Below are positions 24,200 through 36,229 of a stretch of DNA of 64,000 nucleotides, piece by piece. The DNA is taken from positions 54,996,001-55,060,000 of the forward strand of contig NC_087437.1 in NCBI RefSeq assembly GCF_036321535.1. The letters run 5' to 3'. The stretch comes from Camelus dromedarius (taxonomy: Eukaryota). Under the pieces are notes generated by a model. The model was not told the DNA's origin, did no database searches, and saw only the letters and a program-made list of their open reading frames with translations. The position numbers were made by a program, and so were the translations under genes. Within the stretch, counting starts at the first letter, position 1, and each line of letters begins with the position of its first letter.

Positions 24200-27100
24200 C
24201 TGAGATTCGCTCAGTAGACGTTTACAATACCACACCTCCTCTGGAAAATAGATTTTAAGTATACTGTTAAGAATTTCCGTCATAATGTCTTCCTTCCCTC
24301 GGTCCTTAGCTTTTCTCTCCTGTCCCTCTCTCCTGGCAGTACTGCAATCTGGATGAACCCAGCCACTTGTCTTTTGCTCACCGAAGCAGCTGAACATTGC
24401 TGGGGAAAAGCACACGGTCAGGCATGTTGATATCATGAGAAGTTGTGACTAAACTTGACCCTCCTCAGCGCCTACGTTCTTACCCACTGCTCTCAGCATT
24501 TTCTACTCGACCCCGATTTCTGACTGCCGCTCTGTCCCCAGTCCCTCCTCCCCAAGGGACGCATGCCTCATTCTCCACAGCGAGAATGAAAGCCACCACA
24601 TGACGCTCCCTCAGCTGCTGCCATCAAGTCTGCGCTGTCCTCTCTGTTCCTTCTGCTGCAGGAGCGGAAGAGCCCATCAGATTATCAAATACCGGGTGAT
24701 CCAAACGTGTGTTCTGATCCCGTTCCCGTCCCCTCAGGACCCCCACCCCACAGGTCATCTAGTCTTCATCCTGGATCCTCCGCCTGTCCTTCTTCCTGGA
24801 CTCTTCTCATCCGTGTCCGGTTGCGTCCTGCATGGCGATCGTGTTCCCTCCAAGGACTGCACAGCTCTCTCTGGCTATTGCATTATCTCCTCCTCACAGC
24901 CAGACTCTAGGAAGCTTTTCATTACATATGTTGCCTCCTTTTCCTTTCCTCACAGAGCCCTTCCTCCTGCTTGGCTTTTCTCTGCAGCACTCCTACCTCA
25001 ACTACCCTGGCCAAGGACATCTGTGACTTGTGGCTTCCATACTGCCAAAACCATCAGTCAGTATCATTGTTCATCTGACAGGACATCTCTGGGGGGATGG
25101 AAATTCATCTTTAAAAAGCTATCCTCCCAGCTTCCTTGACATCTCCAGCTTTCTGATTTTCTATTTATCTACTTCTCATATTTTTTTTCCTGTCTTGCTC
25201 CCGCTTCCATGACCCCTAAATTACCCAGTTTTTCCTGACTGCGTTTCTCCTCCAGTTCTCTCTGTAGTCACTGTCATTTCCTCCCAAGCTTTCACGTACC
25301 ATCAACATGCTGACATGCCTCAAACAGGTGCCTTGATGGTACTGTTGCTGTTTTTCTCTTTAGCCATTCTGATGTGTATAGTGATATGTCATTATACTTC
25401 TTATTTCCATTTCCCTAATGGCCAGTGATGTTGGAATGCTGGAAAGGATGTGAATAAACTGGTACTTTGGGGATATAAAATGGTACAGCCACACTGGAAA
25501 ACAATTAGGAAATTTCTTTAAAAACTAAACACGTAGCTATCATATAAGCCAGAAATTGACTTGTGGGCTGTTATCCCAGAGAAATGAAGATGTATTTACT
25601 CAAAAATCTGTTCATAGCAGTTATATTCATAATAGCCCCAAACTAGAAACAACCCAGATGTCCTTCAACAGGTGGTATATTTTTACCCTGAAATACTATT
25701 CAGCAATAAAAGGAGTGAATTATTGATACACACCACAACTTGGATGAATCTCAAGAGAATTATGCCGAGTAGAAAAAGCTAATCCCAAAAAGTTACATAC
25801 TGTATAATTCCATTTATATAACATACTTGAAAGGATGGTAGATATAGAGAATAGATGAGTGGTTGTCAGGGGTTAAGGTTGAAGGGGAGGAGTCAGGGGC
25901 TAAAAATGGGTGGGAGTAGATTTAGTTATAAAGGGGAAACAGGAGGGATCCTTCTGAGGGAACTGCTCTGTATCTTGGCTGTGGTGGTGGACTTATGAAT
26001 CTATACATGTAACAAAATTGCCTAGAGGCAAGTATGTGCATATGTGCATGTGTGTACATGCATACACACACATGTGCACATACTAACACATATCCAAGTT
26101 TTGTTCCTTCTGCTCTCTCACCTCCTACTTACTACTCACCCCCTGCAATCCGGCTTCTGTCCCCACCTCTCCGCTTACACTGCACTCCTCAGCATCACCA
26201 GTGGCCTCTTTGAAGCTAAATACACTGGGGACCCTTCATTCCTTATCTTTCTTGAGCCCTCTGTGCCATTTAAAGCTGTTGACACTATCTCCTCTAAACG
26301 CTGTCTTGATTTGGCTTCTGGGACACCATCCACTCTGGTTTTTCCTCCTACCTCTCTACTCACAACTTTCCGCTCTTTTTATTATTACTATTATTAACAG
26401 ATTTCCTTTCCCTTCTTCATTCCCTAAATTCAGTGTTTTTCTGTGTTCTGCCCTAATCCCCTTCTGGGCTCACGCCACACTCGCCTAAGTGGTTTCATCT
26501 GCCCCCATGACTACAGGTACCATCTATGTGCTGAAGACTCCATGCCCAAGGTACTGCAGCTGAGTCTCTCTCCGAGCTCCGGACTTTGTGCCTACCCACT
26601 CACCAGTCTTCAGAAACTGGCATAAACTGAACGCACGATTTTCCCTTTAAACCCGCTCTTTGGTGAACGGCACCACTTGTTTGCCCTTGACTGAAAAGGC
26701 ACAGAAGCTGTCCTGATTCCTGGTCTTTCTTCCCTCTCTCCTCTTACCCCCTGGCTCACCAAATCCTGATAGAACACTTTAGTTTTCTTTATATCTACCT
26801 TCAGAATCCTTCGGTGAGTTTTCACTGCCTGTGTGTGAATGATGAAGTTCACACTCCTCAGACCGGCATGCAACACGCCCATAGCCACTTGCACACACGA
26901 ACACGTGCCACAGACACACACACAGACACACACACGCTCGCTCCCAAGACAGGGAAGCTGTCTCTTACCTGGGGGCTGAGCAAATACTTTCCCTTCTTGG
27001 AATACATGACTTTCTCACTTCCATCTCCATCACCTAGCCGAAAATACTCCTCCTTAAGCCTTCATTAGACATGACTTCCCTCAAAAGTGAATGTGATCCT

Positions 27101-27295
27101 CATACCTTGGCCTCCCTCTGCTCCCCCCATGCACTGTGACAGCATCTCCTGCTTTATCCCTACCCTACCTCTTAGAAGATTGTATTTAAATTATCTATGT
27201 ATTAGCTATAAGCTCCCCCAAAGGGCAGGGGTGATATCTTGTTCCTCATTGCATCCTATAGAAAACACTCGATAAGTGCTTTTTGACCAATAGGC
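24200..27295 (+). mobile_element. Long L2 LINE remnant split by an L1 insertion
   Basis: C/T-rich L2 ORF2-like sequence (ctggatgaacccagcc..gctgaacattgctggggaaaagcacac; ccccctgcaatccggcttctgtccccacc; gctgttgacact..cttggcttctgggacacc) with a 3' end near 27290. Confidence 0.75.
25337..26040 (+). mobile_element. L1 (L1MC/MD-like) 3' end with inverted 5' segment
   Basis: aaaatggtacagccacactggaaaac..aatagccccaaactagaaacaacccagatgtccttcaacagg..ggatgaatctcaagagaattatgc; 25337-25433 is antisense L1. Confidence 0.85.
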
Positions 27296-27919
27296 TGGAC
27301 TGAACTGAACAAAGATGAGATCACTGGCTCCAAAGCCGTCCGCATAAGCGCTGAAGGGGCAGCCCTGGGATAAATGATTCCCTGCTGCACGGCCCCTGAT
27401 TTCCAAACCTCTTAGTCATTTCCTCTCAGTCTTGCCAGCACTCTTCTCAAGTGCTTTTGCAAGTTCTCTCCTACACTGTATAGACCAGAATGACTCAGGG
27501 TCTGCCAGTGCTGACAGTGTCAGCATCGTGAGTCTTTGGAGCGCCTTCTCTGTTTCTGTGGCTGCAGTTCTGGGGACTGGCTCATCGCAGTAGGGCCTGC
27601 TGGTCCTCCCCGTTGGTGGTCCCTCCAACCCCCGTGGTTACTTCACCAAATGTGTTACCCCATCCACAGTGAGTCTTTTGTTATTATTGTTTTTTAATAG
27701 TTATTATGACACGTCTAGCGTAGTGGAAAGTACACCGAACTAGAAATCAGGAAAGCTGGGTCCAACTGTCTGTACACTGACTGGGGGGCTGCAATTAACC
27801 TGGAGTAATTGACCGACCGTGCCTGTCCCTTTAAAGGATGTCTAAACACCTATCTCATTGTGTCCCATCATGTGGCCAAGTTATGTATGTGCAGTGAAAC
27901 ACTCCAGTGAAGAAATCTT

Positions 27920-28101
27920 TTTTTTTAATGTCATTTTTTTTTCGGTTTAATATAACTTATTTATTTTGGAGGGATTTGGGGGAGGTAATTAGGTTTATCT
28001 GTTTGTTTGTTTGTTTGTTTGAATGGAGGTAATGAGGATTGAACCCAGGACCTCACACATGCTCAGCACACACTCTACCACTGAGCTGTACCCTCCCCCC
28101 G
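27920..28101 (-). mobile_element. tRNA-derived SINE (Vic-1-like, camelid)
   Basis: Reverse strand ggggagggtacagctcagtggtagagtgtgtgctgagcatgtgtgaggtcctgggttcaatcctcattacctccattc..aaacctaattacctcccc; TSD gaaatctt at 27912-27919 and 28102-28109. Confidence 0.9.
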
Positions 28102-28289
28102 GAAATCTTGTAAAATACAAGAATTACGTGTCTGCTGTGCTTCATGGTTCTCAGTGTGCTTTCATATTTGTTATCTCATTTAAGCCTCACCTTTGGAAAT
28201 GGAGGCTTAGTGACTTGTTCATGTGGAGCCAGTAATTTTGATTACGTATAAAAATCCCATGAAAATTGACTTAAAAGCATTATCCATTA

Positions 28290-29230
28290 GACAAAAAGAG
28301 TGAGGACATCAATGGCAATTTGTAGAAGAGGCAATAAAAATAACTACGAAATCTATGAAAAGATGTTCAGCTTTATTGTAGTTAAAGAAATGCAGTTTTA
28401 AATATCATTTTTCCCTTATCAGAATGGCCACGATTTACAACTTTAATATCTGGTTTGGGCAAAGGTGTGGGGAACACGTACTCTCATATGTTTTTGATTG
28501 GAGTACAAATTGATACAATCTTTTGGAAACAAAATTTAGTACTATCTTTCAAAATTTTAATTGTACCCATATTTTGACACTATGATTTAATTTCAAACAG
28601 TATGCTTTTTGATAGATTTGCACAAGGGCACTGGCAATACCTGGTCAATAATACACACTGCGGCATTGTTTGTAAAGTTGGAGAGATTAGTTAAATACAA
28701 TTACAAAATAAATAAGAGGTGGGAAGGGTATAGCTCAGTGGTAGAGTGCGTGCTTAGCATGCATGAGGTCCTGGGTTCAATCCCCAGACTCTCCATTAAA
28801 AATAAATAAATAAACAAACACCTAATTATCGCCCCTAGAAATAAATAAATAAATAAATACAAAATAAATAATATATGGCAAATTTATAAAGTAACATGGT
28901 GGCTACTAGAAAAACAAGGTAAATCTATATGTACTATAAAAAAATACTCAAGAAAAACTAGTTTAAGAAAAAACAAGGAGCAGAACGGTACATAAAGGAT
29001 CTGATTTGTGTTTAAAGAAAAACTTTTTAAAAGGATGCTTATATGTTAATGTGTACGTGTGTCCGTGTGCACCCACACACTCACCACATTTGTACAAGCA
29101 TAGAGGAATTGTAGGAATTGTCAACCCTTTTTGGTGGTTACTTCTGGGATGGGGTTTTTTCACTTTATGTCCTTCTATAACAATTTGACTTTTCAATGAG
29201 TATACATGTGTATACATATAAAAATTTGAA
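28290..29230 (+). mobile_element. Old L1 (L1ME-like) 3' end interrupted by a SINE
   Basis: tatgaaaagatgttcagc..aaagaaatgcag..ggcaaaggtgtggggaac..gagtacaaattgatacaatcttttggaaac. Confidence 0.7.
28716..28857 (+). mobile_element. tRNA-derived SINE (Vic-1-like, camelid)
   Basis: gggaagggtatagctcagtggtagagtgcgtgcttagcatgcatgaggtcctgggttcaatccccag..ccattaaaaataaataaataaac..cctaattatcgcccc; 14-bp TSD tacaaaataaataa at 28702-28715 and 28858-28871. Confidence 0.92.
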
Positions 29231-29599
29231 AAGCTATCATCCAGCTTAGACAATTTCTCTTATTTCAGTGAGCTATTGTGGTTTTCATTGGTTTGCTCAA
29301 TATAATTGCCTCCAAATAGAAAAACCTAAAAAACAAACAACAACTGCTTTGGAAACTTCAGATTAATATGACTTTTAAAGTAAAAAAAAATTAATAATCC
29401 CACTCAGCAAGTCGGAATTCCCACCTTCACCCATGACAGCAAGCAGGTGACTGATCTTCGGCCTTTCCTGCCCCTGGTGACCTGTCAGCGTTCATGGCGC
29501 GAGGCCTCAGAGTGGGAGGGCCACCCATCACCTCTCAACACCAGCCTCCTGCGGATCAAGGCCCTGCATCTGAAACAAATGAGTGCCCATCCACTCTTT

Positions 29600-30325
29600 G
29601 CTCCCTCTGGCCCCTTGGCCACCTAGATTTGTGTGCTTGCTCCCTACTCCAGAATATCTTCCTGGTGGAAGAACGAATAACCTTTCTAAAATTCAGACTT
29701 CGTCACGTTACTCCCCTATTTCAAACCCTTCAGTGGGTTCCTCTTCCCAGTGCTCCCTGTCCCTAGTTATTCTACATATAAAAGCCAAGCTCCTTAACAT
29801 ATTTTAATGTGCTTGTTCACGTGCCCTTTTGTCACTGGCCTTGAGCCGGTCACACTTGAATGAGTGTGCTCCTGCGACGACGTGGCTGAGATACAACAGA
29901 CCTTTTGTAGCTCTCCAGTCTCACTCCGTCACTCTGCACCCTCATCACACTGGGCTGCTTGCAGTTTTCCAGGGGCACCGTGGTCGGTCCACCCCCAGCC
30001 CTTGGTGCACAGTCTTTTTCTGTCTGTGGTGCTCTTCCCCATCCCGTGCTTCAAGTCTCAGCTGGCTTTTCACTTCCTCCATGGAGTCTGCCTGCCTCTC
30101 AAGGCTGTTTTGTCCTGCTGATCTGTGCAGTTCATAGCACCCTGGGTCTCCCTTCAGAGCACCCATTACTTTTTAGTCTGGATTTGAGCTGTGCTTGTCT
30201 GCATCCTATCCTTTGACACGGGGAAGGTTTCTGTCCTCTGGATGTATTGAAGGCTCTGTCATATCCCCTGTCATGACCTGGTGCCTGACACATGAAGATG
30301 CTGTATCAGCGTGAACTGAATGAAT
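29600..30325 (+). mobile_element. L2 LINE 3' portion
   Basis: ttctaaaattcagacttcgtcacgttactcccctatttcaaacccttcagtggg..acctggtgcctgacacat..tgaactgaatgaatg (L2 tail). Confidence 0.75.
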
Positions 30326-32239
30326 GTCCCAGACAAGACAGACCCCACGTCTTCTGAGCCCAGGCACCCTCCTTCTGCTCCTGCATTGGTTCTCTCCCAC
30401 TGCCTTCCTCTTGTTCTGTTCCTTTGGCCCAAGCACTGTGCCCAGCCTCATCCTGTATATTCTCATAGTTTTCAGGACGGGATAGGAGTTGACAATTTAA
30501 AGTCTTTCAAGATTTTAATGGGGAAGAGATAGAATACTTGTATTGTTCTCACTTTGAGAATTGTCCTCCATCTTGCACGGTTTCTGCTCCAATCTGGTGG
30601 ATTCATTATGTGCCAGTCATTATTTATGATTCTGGAGAGTGGCACCGTAATAACTTCTTCCTCCCACCCAGTGCAAGCTCATTGCCTCCACCTTGGGTTG
30701 TACTGGGAGTTACCGGTGTTGTCACTGGTGAGAAGTGGGGCCCATGAATCCTACCTTTCTGTCTAGGGTTTCAGTAAACCTCTTACTAAATGGTAAGAAT
30801 TCAGATTTGCACTGGCAGGATCTTAGAGTGGCTTGTTCCCTCTTCTTCTGAAGGGCTTCAGTTCCTCTGGCAGGACCAACTTCTCCAACACAGTACAGTG
30901 GAAACCATCTAAAAGTGCACAGATTTCTTCTAGGAGTAAAGAAACCTACCTGGCTGACTCCGAGGCAGAGGAGAAATAGCCAAAAGCAAAGAAGAATAGA
31001 TTAGATGAATTTGACCCTCCTCTTCCCCAGTCACTCATAATATGTGTTGAAATCAGAAATCAAGTAAAATCAAAGTAAGTTCCTCTGCTCAGTCACCCTA
31101 ACCTGCTAACAAGGTCTCTGGAATACACAGATCTCCCATAGCCCATACCTCCCATATGCACAGGTAGACGTCTGGGATTCATGAGACAACGCGTTCAAGT
31201 ATTAGCTGTATCTATAGTGTAAGATAAAAGTGACACTACCTTTAGTTTAAAACTTCCTCACTTTCTGATGCAAGGGAAGATTTTTATAGAGAGTAGAAGC
31301 CACAGCATCTTGAAGCTTCTGTAGAGGGGAGGAAGTCAGGGCCGTGGACTGTGAGTGAGTGTGCCTCTAGTCCCTCTGGTGGGCACTGGTCCACATCACA
31401 GCGAGCCCAGCTGTGGTGGCTGTCAGCGTCAGAGGGGCTGGCAGACAGCAGTCAGAGGCACAGAGATGTTTCTCTGTATTTAGAACTCCAGGAGGACGAG
31501 ATTAAAAAGATAAAGGACTCAAGTCTCCCTTTTCCATTGTGCTGATAACAAAATCAAGGCCCAGAATGCGGGATGTAGCCTATCATTTCCCTGATGTCCT
31601 GAAGCCATAATAATCACCAGCCCGCCCTTTAAGTGAGCCTGCTCGTCTGGGCCATGTGAGCTTTAATAATTAGCAAAGGGGCATCCAGCTCTCTTGGAAG
31701 CCGTCTTCTTCCCCTGTGAGTGAGTGGCAGCTTTTCTAGTCTCTTATCCAACTGGGTTCAATATCATTCAAAGAACCTGTAAAAAGACTTTGCACCCTTA
31801 GGTGCTTGGGGGCCAGTATTGTGGGTGTTGGAATAGAGCCAGGAGCAAGGTACACTGGTCCTTGCCCTTCTGGAGCTCACATCTCTTGTCAATGAAGAGC
31901 TCTGGGCTTCTCCTTGGCAATACGTAAAATGACTTGTTGGCATAATTTCCTCTGGAGGTGGTTTGCGGGACAAGTCCTTGTCTTAGCTAACCTCCAGCCA
32001 GGCCTTTCTCATCTCATTAAGACTCATCGTCAGCCTCCAATCTAGGGCGCCTGAATAATAAGTGAAAATCATGGCAAGAAAGTATTCTTTTCTTTTCTTC
32101 AGGTGCTGAATCTACCCTTAATTTAGGGGCTGTTTTGGACAGGAATCTTTGTAAGCGGTCTTACATGTTACTCCCAGCAGTATGGCTATGTAGATAATTT
32201 ATACTGGTAGTTGGTAGGTAGAGATGTATCTCACCATTT

Positions 32240-32358
32240 ATCAGCTCGGGCTGTGCATTAGAATCATTAAAAAATTAGGTAATTTTTTTAAACTGACGCT
32301 AAGTCCCATTCCAGAATGAAATCAGAATATTTAAAAGTCAGGCCCAAGCATTGGCAAT
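32240..32358. mobile_element. MER5-type hAT MITE fragment
   Basis: ggctgtgcattagaatca..cccattccagaatgaaatcagaatatt..ggcccaagcattggc. Confidence 0.5.
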
Positions 32359-32649
32359 CTATTACTTCAAATTACTTAATAATCAAATATCATATAAGGT
32401 ATTTAACGACTCATTTGCAAGTAAGTTCCCAAATACCACCAGCTTAACAGGCGAATTTTTATTTCTTTTCTTAAATTTTCTGGCATATTCTGCAACTGTA
32501 GTTTAAGTGACCTGGTTGTCCCCTACCACTTTATCTTCCTCCCAATTTATGTTTAGCTGGATTTATATTAGAAGCGAAGGAGGAGCATCAGAGTTTTAAA
32601 ACCCATTTCTTTTAAGTATCGAAAGAATAAATTCATTGGAAAACGCCAT

Positions 32650-32860
32650 AGAGGAGTTTTGGGGTTCAGCATAGGAAAGAATTTTGTAACAATTAATACA
32701 GGCTGAGAAGAGCCACCTCAAGGGGTCCTCTTGCATTCTCTCTTATGAAAGTCTTAGGCTAAGGCTATTGATAATCTGTGATAATAAGGATTGCTTTCTG
32801 CATTGGCTCGGAGTCAGACAGAATGGCCTTAAGATCGTGTCCAGTCCTGGGAATCTACAG
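32650..32860 (+). mobile_element. L3/CR1 3' end fragment
   Basis: gttcagcataggaaagaattttgtaacaatt..gtcagacagaatggccttaagatcgtgtccagtcctgggaatcta. Confidence 0.5.
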
Positions 32861-32910
32861 CCATTGGAAAAGTGGAACAGTAGAACTGGGCAGAAAAGCC
32901 AGGTTAGAAG

Positions 32911-33057
32911 TATATTCAATATCTTTAATAACCCTATAATGAAAAAGAATATGAAGAAAATATATATGTATAACTGAATCACTATGTTCTACACCAGAAA
33001 CTCACACATTGTGAATCAACTATACGTCCATAAAAAAATTTTTTTATTAAAAAAAAA
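32911..33057 (+). mobile_element. Short L1 3' end (artiodactyl-type) with A-rich tail
   Basis: tatattcaatatctttaataaccctataatgaaaaagaatatgaag..tataactgaatcactatgttctacaccagaaact..aatcaactatac plus A tail; degenerate TSD aaaagccaggttagaa/aaaagcagatttgaa. Confidence 0.8.
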
Positions 33058-33147
33058 GCAGATTTGAAATCTACTCTTATGTTTTCACCTCAAATATTAT
33101 GGAGAAAGATAACTCGAAAAATATAATTTTCTTAATGTCATGCCTTA

Positions 33148-33549
33148 TGTATCAGTTTGGGCAAATAATGCTGACTGCTGTAGCCAATAAACCCCCGAAT
33201 CTCAGTGATTTGTTTATCTCTCTCAGGTACTTGGCAGGTGCTTTCCATTTGGGGAATCGGGGGCTCTGCCTTATTCCATCTACCGGCTCCACCATTCCCT
33301 AGAGTTGGTGGGTCCTGTGCTAGATTCCCTGCATCTGGCAGATGAGAGAAGAGAGCACTGAGGATCTCCTGTGCTGGTGGTGAGGGTGCTTATGGACCAG
33401 ACTGGGAAATGTGGTATAATGTTCCTTTCTACTCACATTCCAACTCAGTCATTTGGCTACAGTTGCAAAGAATGCTTGGAAATGTAGCCACTGTGTGCAC
33501 CAAAAGAAGAGGAAGTGGTCTGGTGTACATCTAGCTAGGCTCTGCCATG
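33148..33549 (-). mobile_element. ERVL-MaLR solo LTR (MLT1J/K-like)
   Basis: tgtatcagtttggg..aatgctgactgctgtagccaataaacccccgaatctcagtg..gcaaagaatgcttggaaatgtagc..catctagctaggctctgcca. Confidence 0.7.
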
Positions 33550-33764
33550 CTTTCAACATCATCATCATCGGTATACTTTCCTGGAATTTTCCAAATCCAC
33601 GGTGGGTGATTTAGCTTAACAAAGTATGTAAAAGACACATTCCACAATACAATTTATTTTGATTCCTCTCTGTGTTTTCTAACTTGGTCTGATTGAAAAC
33701 CTAGATCATTTAACCTCTCACTCCTCCATGTCTACAATTGGAGGATGTACCGTATTCACAGTGT

Positions 33765-34195
33765 TTGTTTAGTTATTCAACAAACATTAGAGGAATGCCC
33801 ACCACACGTCAGCGACTAGATATTCGGTGGTGAGCAAAAGCACACAAGCAGCCTGCTCTCAGGAAGTTTGTGTTCTATTAAGGGCAGTGGGCAGAGTGCT
33901 TTAGAAGAATAGTGTCTTAAAAGAATTAAAACAAAGGAGCCTGACCTAGATGGAGGGGTCAAGAAAGCATTCCTGAGGAAGTGCTTCTTCACTGAGCCAG
34001 GAGGCCTGAGCAGGGTTTAGCCATCTCAGACGGCAGAGTCTGCTGACTTGGGGAGCTGAAAGAGGCCAGCGTGGTTAGAGCTCAGAGGCCGAGGGAGAAG
34101 CATGATGTAAGATGAGTTTTCAGAGCTAGACCATGAGGGACTTGGGCCATGCTAAGGATTTTGGCCATTCTCCCAAAAGTAAAGGGAAGCCCAGC
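33765..34195 (-). mobile_element. L2 LINE 3' portion
   Basis: ttattcaacaaacattagaggaatgcc..ggggtcaagaaagcattcctgaggaagtg..ggccatgctaaggattttggccattctcc. Confidence 0.75.
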
Positions 34196-35349
34196 CATTT
34201 CATTACTTCTTACACCACTCATCCGTCACTGGCGTTTCCTGAAAGGTCTTTGGCAATAGGGGAGATATGGAAGCAATGTCATGAGTCAGTAAATGGTGGT
34301 ACCTTTCCCCTAAGTGCTGTGGTTTTTAGCCACACGTCTTGTAATCTCCATCTCTCCAACCCCCCTCATCGTTTCCTAGAGCTGAGAAGAAGACAAGCTT
34401 GAAGGAAACATGGCTTCGTTAAGAGCACCATCTCAAGAGTGAAAGGTTTTCCCTCTTCCAAGTGTGATCCATACCTGCATTTTCTGCTACATGACTCAGC
34501 AGAAAGACGCATTGGATTTGGAGTCATATGCCCAGGCCTTCCTTCCCATTGCCAGCCAGTTCCATCTTATCAGCAACTTTCCAGTTATTTCCAGAAATGG
34601 GTCTAGATTACAGCCTTCTGATTCCTAGTCTGGTATACTTTCCATTTCTCCCCGCAGATCCCAATTGTAGCTCTCCCTTCTCCATCATCTTAAAAACATC
34701 CCTTCTGATTGAACCAGGCCACTTATTCTTTAGCCTTTTTTCTCCCCACTGAGATGACCTTTCTTTTCCTTCTAAAACTTCAATTAACTTTAAAATTGGA
34801 GCACAAGTCTCTCATCTCCACAAAATCTTCCCTGACAACAAATTTGTTTATTTTATTCTCCTGCCACTGAATGGAAAAGCTGCTTGAAGGAATTGCCTTC
34901 AACTATTTTTCTTGAAAATATAACCCTGGGCTCTACTGGGGAGTGTGGGCTTTGGTGATGTAACGAAGCCGGGGAAGACAGAAACTGACAGGACACACGA
35001 AGGCTGTCTCTGTCCTGGATTTGCTAGAAAAGCGTGGTCAAGCGATTGCGTGTTCTTCCCCAATTTAATACATGAGCTGGCGCATCCTGTGTACTACGAT
35101 TCACACATAGTAATACTTCCTGTTATAGAGGATTGAGGTTCATGGTGATTAAACGGTGGTAAGACGTGTTGCCGTTAACCCAGTCCATCTTGTCTGCGCT
35201 GCCTGATGACTGTTCGTTTCTACAGATTAAATGTTGCCTAAAGGTTAAACTCATGGGATCTTCTAGACTTCTACTAGATATGGAAGAGTTGGGGAGGTTA
35301 AAACCTTGCACGTGAACTGAATTATCCAGTCTCATCTCATCTCACAGAT

Positions 35350-35730
35350 CTTACACTCCAGCCATCCTGACCTGCTTTTATTCCTCAAAAAAGCTCACCG
35401 TTTTCTGACCCTGTGCTTTTGTTCATTCTGTGCCCTGCATTTAATTGCCCTTCCCCTCGTCTTTTGTCGAAATCTTACATGGCCCGCTGCGGTGCCGCCG
35501 CATCCCGGAAGTCCCCTTTTCTCTCACCAGGGGAAGTAACTGCTCCTTCTCCCGCTCACGTTGTGATGCGGCTTGTCTTCATCTGTGTACTTACGCGTTT
35601 GTATGCATTTATGTGTGTATGTCTTACATTCTCCGTAAGAGCAGCTTTTGAGAGAAGGGCCTGTAACTTATCCTCGTGTTTGTGTTTCCTAGAGCTCCTT
35701 CTAGTGGGAAAAAGTGTTTTGAGGTCAGTA
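35350..35730 (+). mobile_element. L2 LINE 3' portion (locally CpG-rich)
   Basis: acactccagccatcctgacctgctttt..ctttgttcattctgtgccctg..cagcttttgagagaaggg..tgtgtttcctagagc. Confidence 0.6.
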
Positions 35731-35999
35731 AGAATTCAGTTCAAATAGAGTTCTGTGATTAAAGCATGTATTTGTGGCCTTGGACAAGACTCTTAACCTA
35801 TCTAAACCCCCTAAGTTCCTCACTAGGGGAACCTCAGTGGTAAGGAATAGATGAGAAGACTTACAGGAGAACTCCTGGTGTGGGGCTTACCTAGAGGAGA
35901 TACTTAGAAAGGGTACTTTATATCCTGCTTACACTGATGCGTCTGTGGTTGGTGTCTAATGTTTATGTTTATGTGTTAATAATAAGAATTTTAATATTC

Positions 36000-36185
36000 A
36001 GTAAACACTTACATGGTGCATTTCATCCCATGCGGTGGGTACTCCAATCCATCCTATTTTATAGAATAGAAAACTGAGACTTAGAAATACTTAGTAATTT
36101 GTCCAAAGTTGGCATGGATATTAGGGGTGGTGGAACTCAAACTCCTGGCAGTCAGACTCTGGGACCTGTGGTCTTGACACTGCTT
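36000..36185 (-). mobile_element. MIR SINE
   Basis: atcctattttatagaatagaaaactgagacttagaaatacttagtaatttgtccaaag..ggaactcaaactcctggcagtcagactc. Confidence 0.7.
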
Positions 36186-36229
36186 TCTTGATACTTTTTT
36201 CCATGCTGAATTATCACTCCAATAGACAA

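Noticed and set aside
24600..25139. 179-aa ORF
   Set aside because: Lies in a C/T-rich decayed L2; no recognisable domain.
28721..28795. tRNA-Ala-like sequence with A and B boxes
   Set aside because: It is the head of a SINE with an A-rich tail and 14-bp TSD, not a tRNA gene; the same applies to 1779-1871 and 27920-28101.
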